Source of the DNA: Candidatus Methylomirabilia bacterium
Lineage (GTDB): Bacteria; Methylomirabilota; Methylomirabilia; Rokubacteriales; CSP1-6
DNA: 10,128 nucleotides
NCBI GenBank assembly: GCA_041497895.1
Contig: JBGQHJ010000166.1
Location: 1-10,128, forward strand
Direction of reading: 5' to 3'
The position numbers and the translations under genes are program-made. Within the stretch, counting starts at the first letter, position 1; each line of letters opens with the position of its first letter. Shown here one piece after another: positions 1 through 6,888 of the stretch. The notes below the pieces were generated by a model, which had not been told where the DNA came from, ran no database searches, and saw only the letters and a program-made list of their open reading frames with translations.

Positions 1-423
1 CAGGTCCACGCCCATGAGCGCGGCCATCGCCCCGGTGCCCACCGGCACCGCCTCCTGCATGAACTCGCCGCGCCGGCGCACCAGGCGCACCGCCTCCGCG
101 AAGCGCAGCGCCCCGCCCACCACCAGCGCGGAGTACTCGCCCAGGCTGTGGCCCGCGGCCAGGTCGGGGCTCACGCCCCGCTCGGCGAGCGCGGCCGCCG
201 CGGCCACGCTCGCGGTGAGCACCGCGGGCTGGGTGTTGGCGGTCAGCCCGAGATCCTCGGCCGGCCCCTCGAAGCACAGGCGCGAGAGCGGGAAGCCGAG
301 CGCGGCGTCCGCCTCGGCCCACACCGCCGCCGCGGCCTTCGAGGCCTCGGCGAGGGCACGGCCCATCCCGACCTCCTGCGAGCCCTGGCCGGGGAAGAGG
401 AAGGCGATCGCGCCCGCTACCAT
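1..423 (-). CDS. fabD: Malonyl-CoA:ACP transacylase (5' part, runs off left edge)
   Basis: Not in the ORF track; read manually. ATG at 423-421 gives MVAGAIAFLFPGQGSQEVGMG (FPGQGSQ motif) and later GHSLGEYS (catalytic Ser motif). Overlaps the fabH stop by 7 nt; standard plsX-fabH-fabD synteny. Confidence 0.97.
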   Translation of the reverse strand, partial: MVAGAIAFLFPGQGSQEVGMGRALAEASKAAAAVWAEADAALGFPLSRLCFEGPAEDLGLTANTQPAVLTASVAAAAALAERGVSPDLAAGHSLGEYSALVVGGALRFAEAVRLVRRRGEFMQEAVPVGTGAMAALMGVDL

Positions 424-1397
424 CGCAGCAGCGCCGCTCCCCAGGTGAAGCCGCCTCCGAAGGCGGCGAGCAGGATGAGATCGTTCGGCTTCACGCGGCC
501 GGTCGCCCAGGCCTCCTCGAGTGCCACGTAGACCGAGGCCGCACCGGTGTTGCCGTAGCGCTCCACGTTCACCATCACGCGCTCCATCGGCACCTTGAGG
601 CGCTTCACCGCGGCCTCGATGATGCGCAGGTTCGCCTGGTGGGGCACGAAGAGGTCGAGGTCGGCGGCGGTGAAGCCATTGTTCTTCAGGATGCGCTCGG
701 CGCAGTCGCCGAACATGCGCACCGCCACCTTGAACACCTCGTTGCCCTTCATCTTGGCGAAGTGCAGCCGCTGGTCGACCGTCTCGTGGCTGGCCGGGCG
801 GAGCGAGCCGCCCGCGGGCTGGATCAGCAGATCGCCGTAGCGGCCGTCCGAGTAGAGATCGGTGTCGATGATGCCCGCCTCGTCGGTCGAGGGCCGAAGC
901 ACCGCCGCGCCCGCCGCGTCGGCCAGCAGGATGCAGGTGCCGCGGTCGGTGAAGTCGGTGATGCGCGAGAGGCACTCCGCGCCGATGCAGAGCACGGTGC
1001 GGTACTTGCCGGTCTGCACGTACTGGGCGCCGATCGAGAGGCTGTAGACCGAGCCGGAGCAGGCCGCGTACACGTCCACCGAGCCCGCGTTGCGGCAGCC
1101 CAGGCGGTGCTGGACCAGGTTGCCGGTGGTGGGGAAATGCATGTCGCCCGCGGTGGTGCCCACCACGATGAAGTCGATCTCCTCGGGAGTGACCTGGGCA
1201 CGCTCCATCGCCTGCCGCGCCGCCCGGAGGGCCAGGTCGGACGGCCCCTCGCCGTCCTCGACGATGTGGCGCTCGCGGATGCCGGTCCGCTGGACGATCC
1301 ACTCGTCGGAGGTGTCCACCATCTGCTCGAGCTCTTTGTTGGTCAAGATCCGCTTGGGCGCGTAGGCTCCGATGCCGACGATGCGGGCGCGGGTCAT
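417..1397 (-). CDS. fabH: 3-oxoacyl-ACP synthase III (KAS III), 326 aa
   Basis: C-terminal part of ORF 417..2141; real start MTRARIVGIGAYAP at 1397 with GGGAGG upstream. Motifs DTSDEWIVQRTGIRER, AACSG (Cys), PHQAN (His), YGNTGAAS (Asn), AFGGGFTWGA. ATGA overlap with the plsX stop. Confidence 0.97.
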   Translation of the reverse strand: MTRARIVGIGAYAPKRILTNKELEQMVDTSDEWIVQRTGIRERHIVEDGEGPSDLALRAARQAMERAQVTPEEIDFIVVGTTAGDMHFPTTGNLVQHRLGCRNAGSVDVYAACSGSVYSLSIGAQYVQTGKYRTVLCIGAECLSRITDFTDRGTCILLADAAGAAVLRPSTDEAGIIDTDLYSDGRYGDLLIQPAGGSLRPASHETVDQRLHFAKMKGNEVFKVAVRMFGDCAERILKNNGFTAADLDLFVPHQANLRIIEAAVKRLKVPMERVMVNVERYGNTGAASVYVALEEAWATGRVKPNDLILLAAFGGGFTWGAALLRW

Positions 1398-2419
1398 TCC
1401 CGGCCTCCCTCCCGCCCCTCGGCCAGGACGGCCTCGGCCTCGAGCGCGGTCTTGATGTGCTGGTTCACGTCGTTTCGAACCCACTCCGCCGCCACCCGGA
1501 CCGCGTTCTTGATCGCCTTCACCGGCGAGGCCCCGTGGCAGATGATGGCCGCGCCGTTCATGCCGAGCAGCGGGGCCCCGCCCATCTCGGTATAGTCCAC
1601 CCGCCGCTTCAGTCGCGCAAAGGCCCGCTTGGAGAGCGCGGCGCCCGCCACCGAGAGGATGTCGCGCGAGAGCTCCTCGCGGATCATCGCGGTGAGCATC
1701 TCGGCCAGGCTCTCGGAAACCTTCAGGCACACGTTGCCGGTGAAGCCGTCGGTCACCACCACGTCGCAGCGCCCGTTGTAGATGTCGCGCCCCTCGATGT
1801 TGCCGATGAAGTTGAGCGAGGAGCCGCGCAGGTCCTCGAAGGCTTCCTTGGTGAGGTCGGTGCCCTTGCCCTCTTCCTCGCCCACCGACAGGAGCCCCAC
1901 CCGCGGGTTGCTCTTGCCCACGATGTGGCGGGAGTAGACGTGACCCATCACCGCGAACTGGAAGAGCTGGCGGGGCTTGGGATCCACGTTGGCGCCCGCG
2001 TCGATGAGGACGGTGTAGCCGGAGAGGCTCGGCAGGGGCGCCGCGATCGCCGGGCGGTCCACCCCGGGCAGCACGCCCAGGACGTGCATGCTGATGGCCA
2101 TGGCTGCTCCGGTGTTGCCGGCCGAGACGATGGCGCCGCACTCGCCGTCCTTCACCAGCTCGGCGGCCACCCGCAGCGACGAATCGCGCTTGCGGCGCAG
2201 GGCCTGCGAGGGCGATTCGGCCATGCCCACCACCTGCGAGGCGTGGCGCACCGTCACCCCGAGGTCCTGGGCGCCGAGGCGGGTGATCTCGCGCTCGATG
2301 GCCGCGCGATCGCCGACCAGCACCGAGGCGAGGCCGAACTCGCGGCAGGCCGCCACCGCCCCCTCGACCACGACGGCAGGGCCGAAGTCGCCTCCCATGG
2401 CGTCGACCGCGATCTTCAT
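1394..2419 (-). CDS. plsX: Phosphate acyltransferase PlsX, 341 aa
   Basis: Start MKIAVDAMGGDFGP at 2419 within ORF 1394..2548; motifs SAGNTGA, GVDRPAIA, DAGANVD, NIEGRDI, VTDGFTGNV, GGAPLLG, CHG. Confidence 0.97.
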   Translation of the reverse strand: MKIAVDAMGGDFGPAVVVEGAVAACREFGLASVLVGDRAAIEREITRLGAQDLGVTVRHASQVVGMAESPSQALRRKRDSSLRVAAELVKDGECGAIVSAGNTGAAMAISMHVLGVLPGVDRPAIAAPLPSLSGYTVLIDAGANVDPKPRQLFQFAVMGHVYSRHIVGKSNPRVGLLSVGEEEGKGTDLTKEAFEDLRGSSLNFIGNIEGRDIYNGRCDVVVTDGFTGNVCLKVSESLAEMLTAMIREELSRDILSVAGAALSKRAFARLKRRVDYTEMGGAPLLGMNGAAIICHGASPVKAIKNAVRVAAEWVRNDVNQHIKTALEAEAVLAEGREGGRE

Positions 2420-2426
2420 GGCGCCG

Positions 2427-2432
2427 ATCTTA
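2427..2432 (-). promoter_or_regulatory. Putative -10 box (TAAGAT) 7 nt upstream of the plsX ATG
   Basis: Minus strand reads GTGCCA-TAAGAT-CGGCGCC-ATG; matches TAnnnT in otherwise GC-rich DNA; no SD before plsX; no convincing -35. Confidence 0.4.
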
Positions 2433-2460
2433 TGGCACGGCCCGGCTCGGCCGGAAAGAA

Positions 2461-2643
2461 CTATTCTCCCTCGACCGAGATGACTTCGCGCCCCTTGTAG
2501 AAGCCGCAGTGGGGGCAGATGCGGTGGGGTGGCTTGACCTCGCGGCACTGCGGGCAGAGCGAGCGGCTCGGGGCGACCATCTTGTAGTGCGTGCGCCGCT
2601 TGCGTCCCCGCGTCTTCGAGTGGCGTCTCTTGGGAAGAGGCAT
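2461..2643 (-). CDS. rpmF: 50S ribosomal protein L32 (zinc-ribbon type), 60 aa
   Basis: MPLPKRRHSKTRGRKRRTHYK...CPQC...PHRICPHCGFYKGREV; ATG at 2643 preceded by AGGAG that overlaps the upstream stop codon. Confidence 0.97.
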   Translation of the reverse strand: MPLPKRRHSKTRGRKRRTHYKMVAPSRSLCPQCREVKPPHRICPHCGFYKGREVISVEGE

Positions 2644-2651
2644 CGGGTCTC

Positions 2652-3161
2652 CTATCTGGTCCGCTCGGCCCAGTCCTTGAGGGCCGCCCAGCGCGAATCG
2701 GGCGCGGGCGTCTCGCACGCGCAGGCCGTGATGTTGCGGTTGCCGCCGCACACGGGGCAGAGGCCGCGGCAGCCCTCGCGGCAGAGGGGCTTCATGGGCA
2801 GCACCAAGGTGGTCTCGGTCTCGAGCAGAGCCGTGACGTCGAGCTGGCCGTGCTGGTAGACGTCCGTGTCGAGGTCGTCGGCCCCCAGCTCTCGCTCCTC
2901 CCCGCGGGCGGCCGGGGCGGGCACGAAGCGAGCGTCGACGTTGGGATGCACCGTCACCGTGTAGGGCTCGAGGCAGCGGCCGCAGTGGAGCGGGACCCGG
3001 GCCTCCAGGTCGCCGCGCACGAAGACCACGTCGCCATCTTTCTCGACGACCAGCGAGAGATCGTCGAGCGCCCAGCTCGGGTCCTGGAAGGGACGCGGAA
3101 ACTCCGCGACGCCCTCGATACGCAGACCCTCGTCGGGGATCTCGGAGACCTGGATGAACAC
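2652..3161 (-). CDS. yceD: DUF177/YceD family protein (23S rRNA accumulation), 169 aa
   Basis: GTG start; CGRCL motif, LPMKPLCREGCRGLCPVCG and C-terminal DSRWAALK typical of DUF177; directly upstream of rpmF. Confidence 0.92.
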   Translation of the reverse strand: MFIQVSEIPDEGLRIEGVAEFPRPFQDPSWALDDLSLVVEKDGDVVFVRGDLEARVPLHCGRCLEPYTVTVHPNVDARFVPAPAARGEERELGADDLDTDVYQHGQLDVTALLETETTLVLPMKPLCREGCRGLCPVCGGNRNITACACETPAPDSRWAALKDWAERTR

Positions 3162-3213
3162 GTGAAGGACCCCTAACTTTCTGTCAATTAAGGCGTTTTG
3201 CTAAAGCCGCGTC

Positions 3214-3242
3214 AGTATAAGCGCGGGGTTACCCCTTGTCAA
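3214..3242 (-). promoter_or_regulatory. Sigma70-type promoter of the yceD-rpmF-plsX-fabH-fabD operon
   Basis: Minus strand TTGACA (3242-3237), 17-nt spacer, TATACT (3219-3214); predicted start near 3207. Confidence 0.85.
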
Positions 3243-3270
3243 CCTAATTGGCCCCCGCCGGGCCCGTTGC

Positions 3271-3299
3271 TTGACGGTCCTGGGGACGACTGCTACCCT
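3271..3299 (+). promoter_or_regulatory. Sigma70-type promoter of htpX with extended -10
   Basis: TTGACG (3271-3276), 17-nt spacer ending TGC, TACCCT (3294-3299) = TGnTAnnnT. Confidence 0.7.
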
Positions 3300-3305
3300 T
3301 CGGTC

Positions 3306-3311
3306 GGGAGG
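3306..3311 (+). promoter_or_regulatory. Shine-Dalgarno of htpX
   Basis: GGGAGG 9 nt upstream of ATG 3321. Confidence 0.75.
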
Positions 3312-3320
3312 ACAAAGCCC

Positions 3321-4187
3321 ATGGGCAACCTCGTGAAAACCGGTGTCTTGCTGGCAGCGCTGACCGTGCTGCTCGTGCTCGCCGGCGGGGCCCTCGGCGG
3401 GCAGCGCGGCATGCTCTTGGCCTTCGTCATGGCCATGGTCATGAACCTGGGCAGCTACTGGTTCTCGGACAAGATCGTCCTGTCCATGTACCGGGCCCAG
3501 CCGGTGGACGAGGCCCAGGCCCCCGCCCTCTACCGGATCGTCCGCACCCTGGCCACCCGCGCCGGCATCCCGATGCCGCGCGTCTACATCCTCCCGCAGG
3601 AGACCCCGAACGCCTTCGCTACCGGCCGGAACCCTCAGCACGCGGCGGTCGCGGTGACGGAGGGCATCCTGCGGGTCATGAGCGAGGAGGAGCTGGAGGG
3701 GGTCCTCGCCCACGAGCTCTCCCACGTGCAGAACCGCGACACCCTGATCATGGCCATCGCGGCCACCCTGGCGGGGGCCATCACCTACATGGCGCACATG
3801 GCGCAGTGGGCGATGATCTTCGGCGGCGGCCGGCGCGACAGCGACGAGGAAGGGGGCGGCGGCGGGCTCCTGGGCGGTATCTTGATGATCGTGCTCGCGC
3901 CCCTGGCGGCCACCCTGATCCAGCTCGCGGTCTCGCGCTCGCGCGAGTTCCAGGCCGACGCCAGCGGGGCCCGGATGGCCGGCCAGCCCTGGGGCCTGGC
4001 CAAGGCGCTCGAGAAGCTCGAGCTGGCCTCCAAGGTGACGCCGATGCAGGCCACCCCGGCCACCGCGCATCTGTTCATCGTCAATCCCCTGAGCGGCGGC
4101 GGGTTCGCCACGCTCTTCTCCACGCATCCGCCCATCGCCGAGCGGGTGGCGCGCCTGCGCGCCATGGCCTCGTCCCCGGCCAGGTAG
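3321..4187 (+). CDS. htpX: Membrane zinc metalloprotease HtpX (peptidase M48), 288 aa
   Basis: Start [11 protein letters not shown] at 3321 (SD present) rather than TTG 3198; [25 protein letters not shown] (HExxH), [16 protein letters not shown] motifs. Confidence 0.96.
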   Translation: MGNLVKTGVLLAALTVLLVLAGGALGGQRGMLLAFVMAMVMNLGSYWFSDKIVLSMYRAQPVDEAQAPALYRIVRTLATRAGIPMPRVYILPQETPNAFATGRNPQHAAVAVTEGILRVMSEEELEGVLAHELSHVQNRDTLIMAIAATLAGAITYMAHMAQWAMIFGGGRRDSDEEGGGGGLLGGILMIVLAPLAATLIQLAVSRSREFQADASGARMAGQPWGLAKALEKLELASKVTPMQATPATAHLFIVNPLSGGGFATLFSTHPPIAERVARLRAMASSPAR

Positions 4188-4226
4188 CTCGATCGTCGAG
4201 TCAGCCGCACACACCATCGCGGTCCG

Positions 4227-4255
4227 GGGGAGACGGGTGACCGTCTCCCCTTTTT
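4227..4255 (+). terminator. Rho-independent terminator-like hairpin after htpX
   Basis: Perfect 10-bp stem GGGGAGACGG (4227-4236)/CCGTCTCCCC (4241-4250), GTGA (GNRA) loop, followed by TTTTT (4251-4255). Confidence 0.8.
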
Positions 4256-4262
4256 CGCGGCC

Positions 4263-4976
4263 ATGATCGCCGCGCGGGACCTCCGTCGAGCCTACGGGCC
4301 CACGCTCGTGCTGGACGGGGTGTCCTTCACGCTCGGCGAGGGTCAGTGCCTGGCCCTCCTCGGCCCCAACGGCGCCGGCAAGACGACGCTGCTCCGCCTG
4401 CTCGCGACCCTCCTGCGCCCGACGTCGGGATCTCTCCAGGTGAGCGGGATCGACGCGGTCCGTGAGCCCGACCGGGTGCGGCCCCTGCTCGGCGTGGTGG
4501 CCCACGGCTCCTATGTCTACGAGGACCTGACCGCCCGCGAGAACCTGCGCTTCTGGGAGACCATGCGTGGGGGTGACGCCTCCCCCGTCCGCCTGGCCGC
4601 GGCGCTGGCCCAGGTGGAGCTCGACGCCGTCGCGGAGGAGCGCGTGCGCACGTTCTCGGCCGGCATGAAGCGCCGGCTCGGGCTGGCCCGCGTGCTGCTG
4701 GCCCGGGCCCGGGTGCTGCTGCTGGACGAGCCTTTCACCGGGCTCGACCGGCGCGGACAGAAGTGGGTGAACGAGTTCCTGCTGGCCTTCAAGGCCGCCG
4801 GCGGCACCGCGGTGCTCGCGACGCACAGCCTGGGCAGCGGGCTGGCGGTCGCCGACCGCATCGGCATCCTCGGCCAGGGCCGGCTCCTGCTCGACCGGCC
4901 GGCCGCGGATCTCTCCTCCGATGAGCTGCATCGCCTCTACGAGAGCCTCACCGAGGCGGCCGAGGCCGCTCCGTGA
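4263..4976 (+). CDS. ccmA: Cytochrome c maturation ABC ATPase CcmA
   Basis: Walker A GPNGAGKTT, signature FSAGMKRR, Walker B LLLDEPF, H-loop ATH; first gene of the ccm cluster. Confidence 0.94.
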   Translation: MIAARDLRRAYGPTLVLDGVSFTLGEGQCLALLGPNGAGKTTLLRLLATLLRPTSGSLQVSGIDAVREPDRVRPLLGVVAHGSYVYEDLTARENLRFWETMRGGDASPVRLAAALAQVELDAVAEERVRTFSAGMKRRLGLARVLLARARVLLLDEPFTGLDRRGQKWVNEFLLAFKAAGGTAVLATHSLGSGLAVADRIGILGQGRLLLDRPAADLSSDELHRLYESLTEAAEAAP

Positions 4977-5650
4977 CCTACGCCCGGCGGGCCTGGATCA
5001 TCTTCTACAAGGACCTGCTGGTCGAGCGGCGGTCGAAGGAGCAGACCAACGCGCTCCTGTTCTTCTGCCTGCTGCTGCTGTTCCTCTTCCAGTTCGCGCT
5101 GGGCCCGGACCGCGACCGCCTGACCGCCGCGCTCCCGGGCCTGCTCTGGCTCGGCTTCATCCTGGCCGGTCTCCTCGGCCTGGGCCGGAGCTTCCTGGCC
5201 GAGCGCGAGAACGACTGCTGGGAGGGCCTGCGGCTCACCCCGGGCGACAAGTCGGCCATCTACCTCGGCAAGCTCGCGGGCAACTGCGTGCTGATGAGCG
5301 CCGTCGAGGTCGTCCTGGTGGTACTCTTCGGGGTGTTCTACAACGTGGACCTCTGGACGCCGGCCGCCCCGCTGAGCCTGGTGCTGGCCCTGGGCACGAT
5401 CGGGCTCGCCTCGGTGGGCACGCTCTTCGCCGCGATGACCACGCAGGTGCGTGCGCGCGAGCTGCTCTTCCCGGTGCTGCTGCTGCCGGTGCAGGTCCCG
5501 GTGCTGCTCGCCACCGTGAGCGCGACCCAGGCCCTGCTGCTGGGCCAGCCGCTCGGCGACGTCGCGCACTGGCTCAAGCTGCTGGCCGGCGCCGACGCGG
5601 TCTACCTGACGATCGGGCTGCTCACCTTCGAGTTCGTGCTCGAGGGCTGA
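4973..5650 (+). CDS. ccmB: Cytochrome c maturation ABC permease CcmB
   Basis: GTG start overlapping ccmA stop; hydrophobic; KDLLVERR, PGLLW, F..ERE, IYLGK, RELLFPVLLLP motifs typical of CcmB. Confidence 0.94.
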   Translation: MTYARRAWIIFYKDLLVERRSKEQTNALLFFCLLLLFLFQFALGPDRDRLTAALPGLLWLGFILAGLLGLGRSFLAERENDCWEGLRLTPGDKSAIYLGKLAGNCVLMSAVEVVLVVLFGVFYNVDLWTPAAPLSLVLALGTIGLASVGTLFAAMTTQVRARELLFPVLLLPVQVPVLLATVSATQALLLGQPLGDVAHWLKLLAGADAVYLTIGLLTFEFVLEG

Positions 5651-5663
5651 GCCGGGAGAGGAC

Positions 5664-6305
5664 ATGACGCGCGCGCTCGGCTGGCTGGCGGCACTGGGGC
5701 TGCTGGCGGGATTGGCGGCGGGCTTCGGCTACGCGCCCCGCGAGGCCGTGCAGGGCAACGTGCAGCGCATCATGTACCTGCACGTGCCCTCGGTGCTCAC
5801 CGCCTACCTGGCCTTCGGCCTGGTCCTGATCGGCGGCATCGCCTATCTCGCGACCCGGCGCCCGGGCTGGGACCGGCTGGCCGGCTCGGCGGCCGAGATC
5901 GGCGTGCTCTTCACCGGCATCACCATCGTCTCCGGCTCCATCTGGGGCAAGCCCACCTGGGGCACCTGGTGGACGTGGGACGCGCGCCTCACCTCGACCG
6001 CGGTGCTCTTCTGCGTCTACGTGGGCTATCTCTTGCTGCGGAGCCTGATCGACGACCCGGAGGCGCGCGGCCGCTACGCGGCGGTGGTCGGCATCCTGGG
6101 CGCGGTCAACATCCCGATCGTGCACTTCTCGGTGAAGTGGTGGCGGGCCCTGCACCAGCCGTCGACGATCCTGGGCCCCGAGCCCTCGCCGATCGATCCC
6201 GCGATCGGGCTCGCCCTCTTCGTGAACTGGGTGGCCTTCACCCTGCTGTTCGCCTACTTCCTGTCGCGGCGGATGGAGATCGCCCGGCTCGAGGAGCAGA
6301 CCTGA
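5664..6305 (+). CDS. ccmC: Heme-handling membrane protein CcmC
   Basis: RIMYLHVP, WWD domain WGKPTWGTWWTWDARLT, SVKWWRALHQ; SD GGAGAGG upstream. Confidence 0.96.
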   Translation: MTRALGWLAALGLLAGLAAGFGYAPREAVQGNVQRIMYLHVPSVLTAYLAFGLVLIGGIAYLATRRPGWDRLAGSAAEIGVLFTGITIVSGSIWGKPTWGTWWTWDARLTSTAVLFCVYVGYLLLRSLIDDPEARGRYAAVVGILGAVNIPIVHFSVKWWRALHQPSTILGPEPSPIDPAIGLALFVNWVAFTLLFAYFLSRRMEIARLEEQT

Positions 6306-6445
6306 TGCCGGCCAACTGGAGCTACGTGATCGCCGCCTACGGCATCGCGGCGGTGGCGCTCTTCGGCTACTGGCGCCGCCTGGCGCGCCGGATCCGCGCC
6401 CTCAGCGCGCGACCGCGGGCGGCCGCGAAGGTGCGGGCGGCATGA
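6305..6445 (+). CDS. ccmD: Small membrane protein CcmD, 46 aa
   Basis: MPANWSYVIAAYGIAAVALFGYWRRLARR...: one TM helix with YV..AYG then basic tail; TGATG overlap with ccmC and ATGA overlap with ccmE. Confidence 0.85.
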   Translation: MPANWSYVIAAYGIAAVALFGYWRRLARRIRALSARPRAAAKVRAA

Positions 6446-6888
6446 ACCGCAAGGCCAAGTTCATCGCGGGCGGCCTCGTCATCGTGGCCGCGCTCGCCTA
6501 CCTCATCTACGCGGGCGTGAGCCAGTCGGTGGTCTACTTCGTCACCCCCTCCGAGCTGGGCGCGGCCCCCGTCGCCGGAAAGTCCTACCGCCTGGGCGGC
6601 ATGGTGGTGCCCGGCACGCTCAAGTGGGACGCCAGGAGCCTCGACCTGCGCTTCACCCTCTCCGACGGCCAGGCGTCGGTCCCGGTGCGGCACCGGGGCA
6701 CGCCGCCCGACCTCTTCGCGGAGAACCGGGGCGCGGTCGTGGAAGGCACCTGGAGCCACGACGGCTACTTCCAGGCCACCACGATCCTGGCCAAGCACTC
6801 GGAGGAGTACAAGGCTCCGCACGATCAGAGCCAGGCCGGCTACAAGGAGCTGCTGAAGACTTTGAGAGGCCCGGAGAGCAGACCATGA
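6442..6888 (+). CDS. ccmE: Heme chaperone CcmE
   Basis: N-terminal anchor, YFVTPSE, RLGGMVVPG, PPDLFAE, heme-binding LAKHSEEY (HxxxY type). Confidence 0.96.
   Translation: MNRKAKFIAGGLVIVAALAYLIYAGVSQSVVYFVTPSELGAAPVAGKSYRLGGMVVPGTLKWDARSLDLRFTLSDGQASVPVRHRGTPPDLFAENRGAVVEGTWSHDGYFQATTILAKHSEEYKAPHDQSQAGYKELLKTLRGPESRP

Noticed and set aside
1398..2141. Apparent long N-terminal extension of FabH (574-aa ORF)
   Set aside because: Alternative frame of plsX; FabH similarity begins at ATG 1397, which has an SD and an ATGA overlap.
14..2500. Plus-strand ORFs 14..448, 148..531, 639..1595, 1457..2500 and others
   Set aside because: Antisense to fabD, fabH and plsX, with low-complexity shadow composition.
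3182..3187. Second perfect TTGACA on the minus strand
   Set aside because: No -10 hexamer 16-18 nt downstream (CACGTG falls there, at the start codon).
3195..3204. TGCTAA resembling a CIRCE (HrcA) half-site near htpX
   Set aside because: No partner TTAGCACTC arm at the N9 spacing; only a partial match.
3198..3320. 41-aa N-terminal extension of HtpX from TTG 3198
   Set aside because: Overlaps both promoters; SD and family N-terminus support ATG 3321.
4191..4216. TCGAGTC...ACCA resembling a tRNA 3' end or att remnant
   Set aside because: No GTTC T-loop, no T-stem pairing, wrong spacing, and no integrase nearby.
3201..4931. 576-aa minus-strand ORF
   Set aside because: Antisense shadow of htpX/ccmA; no recognisable motifs; long stop-free antisense frames are expected with high-GC codon usage.
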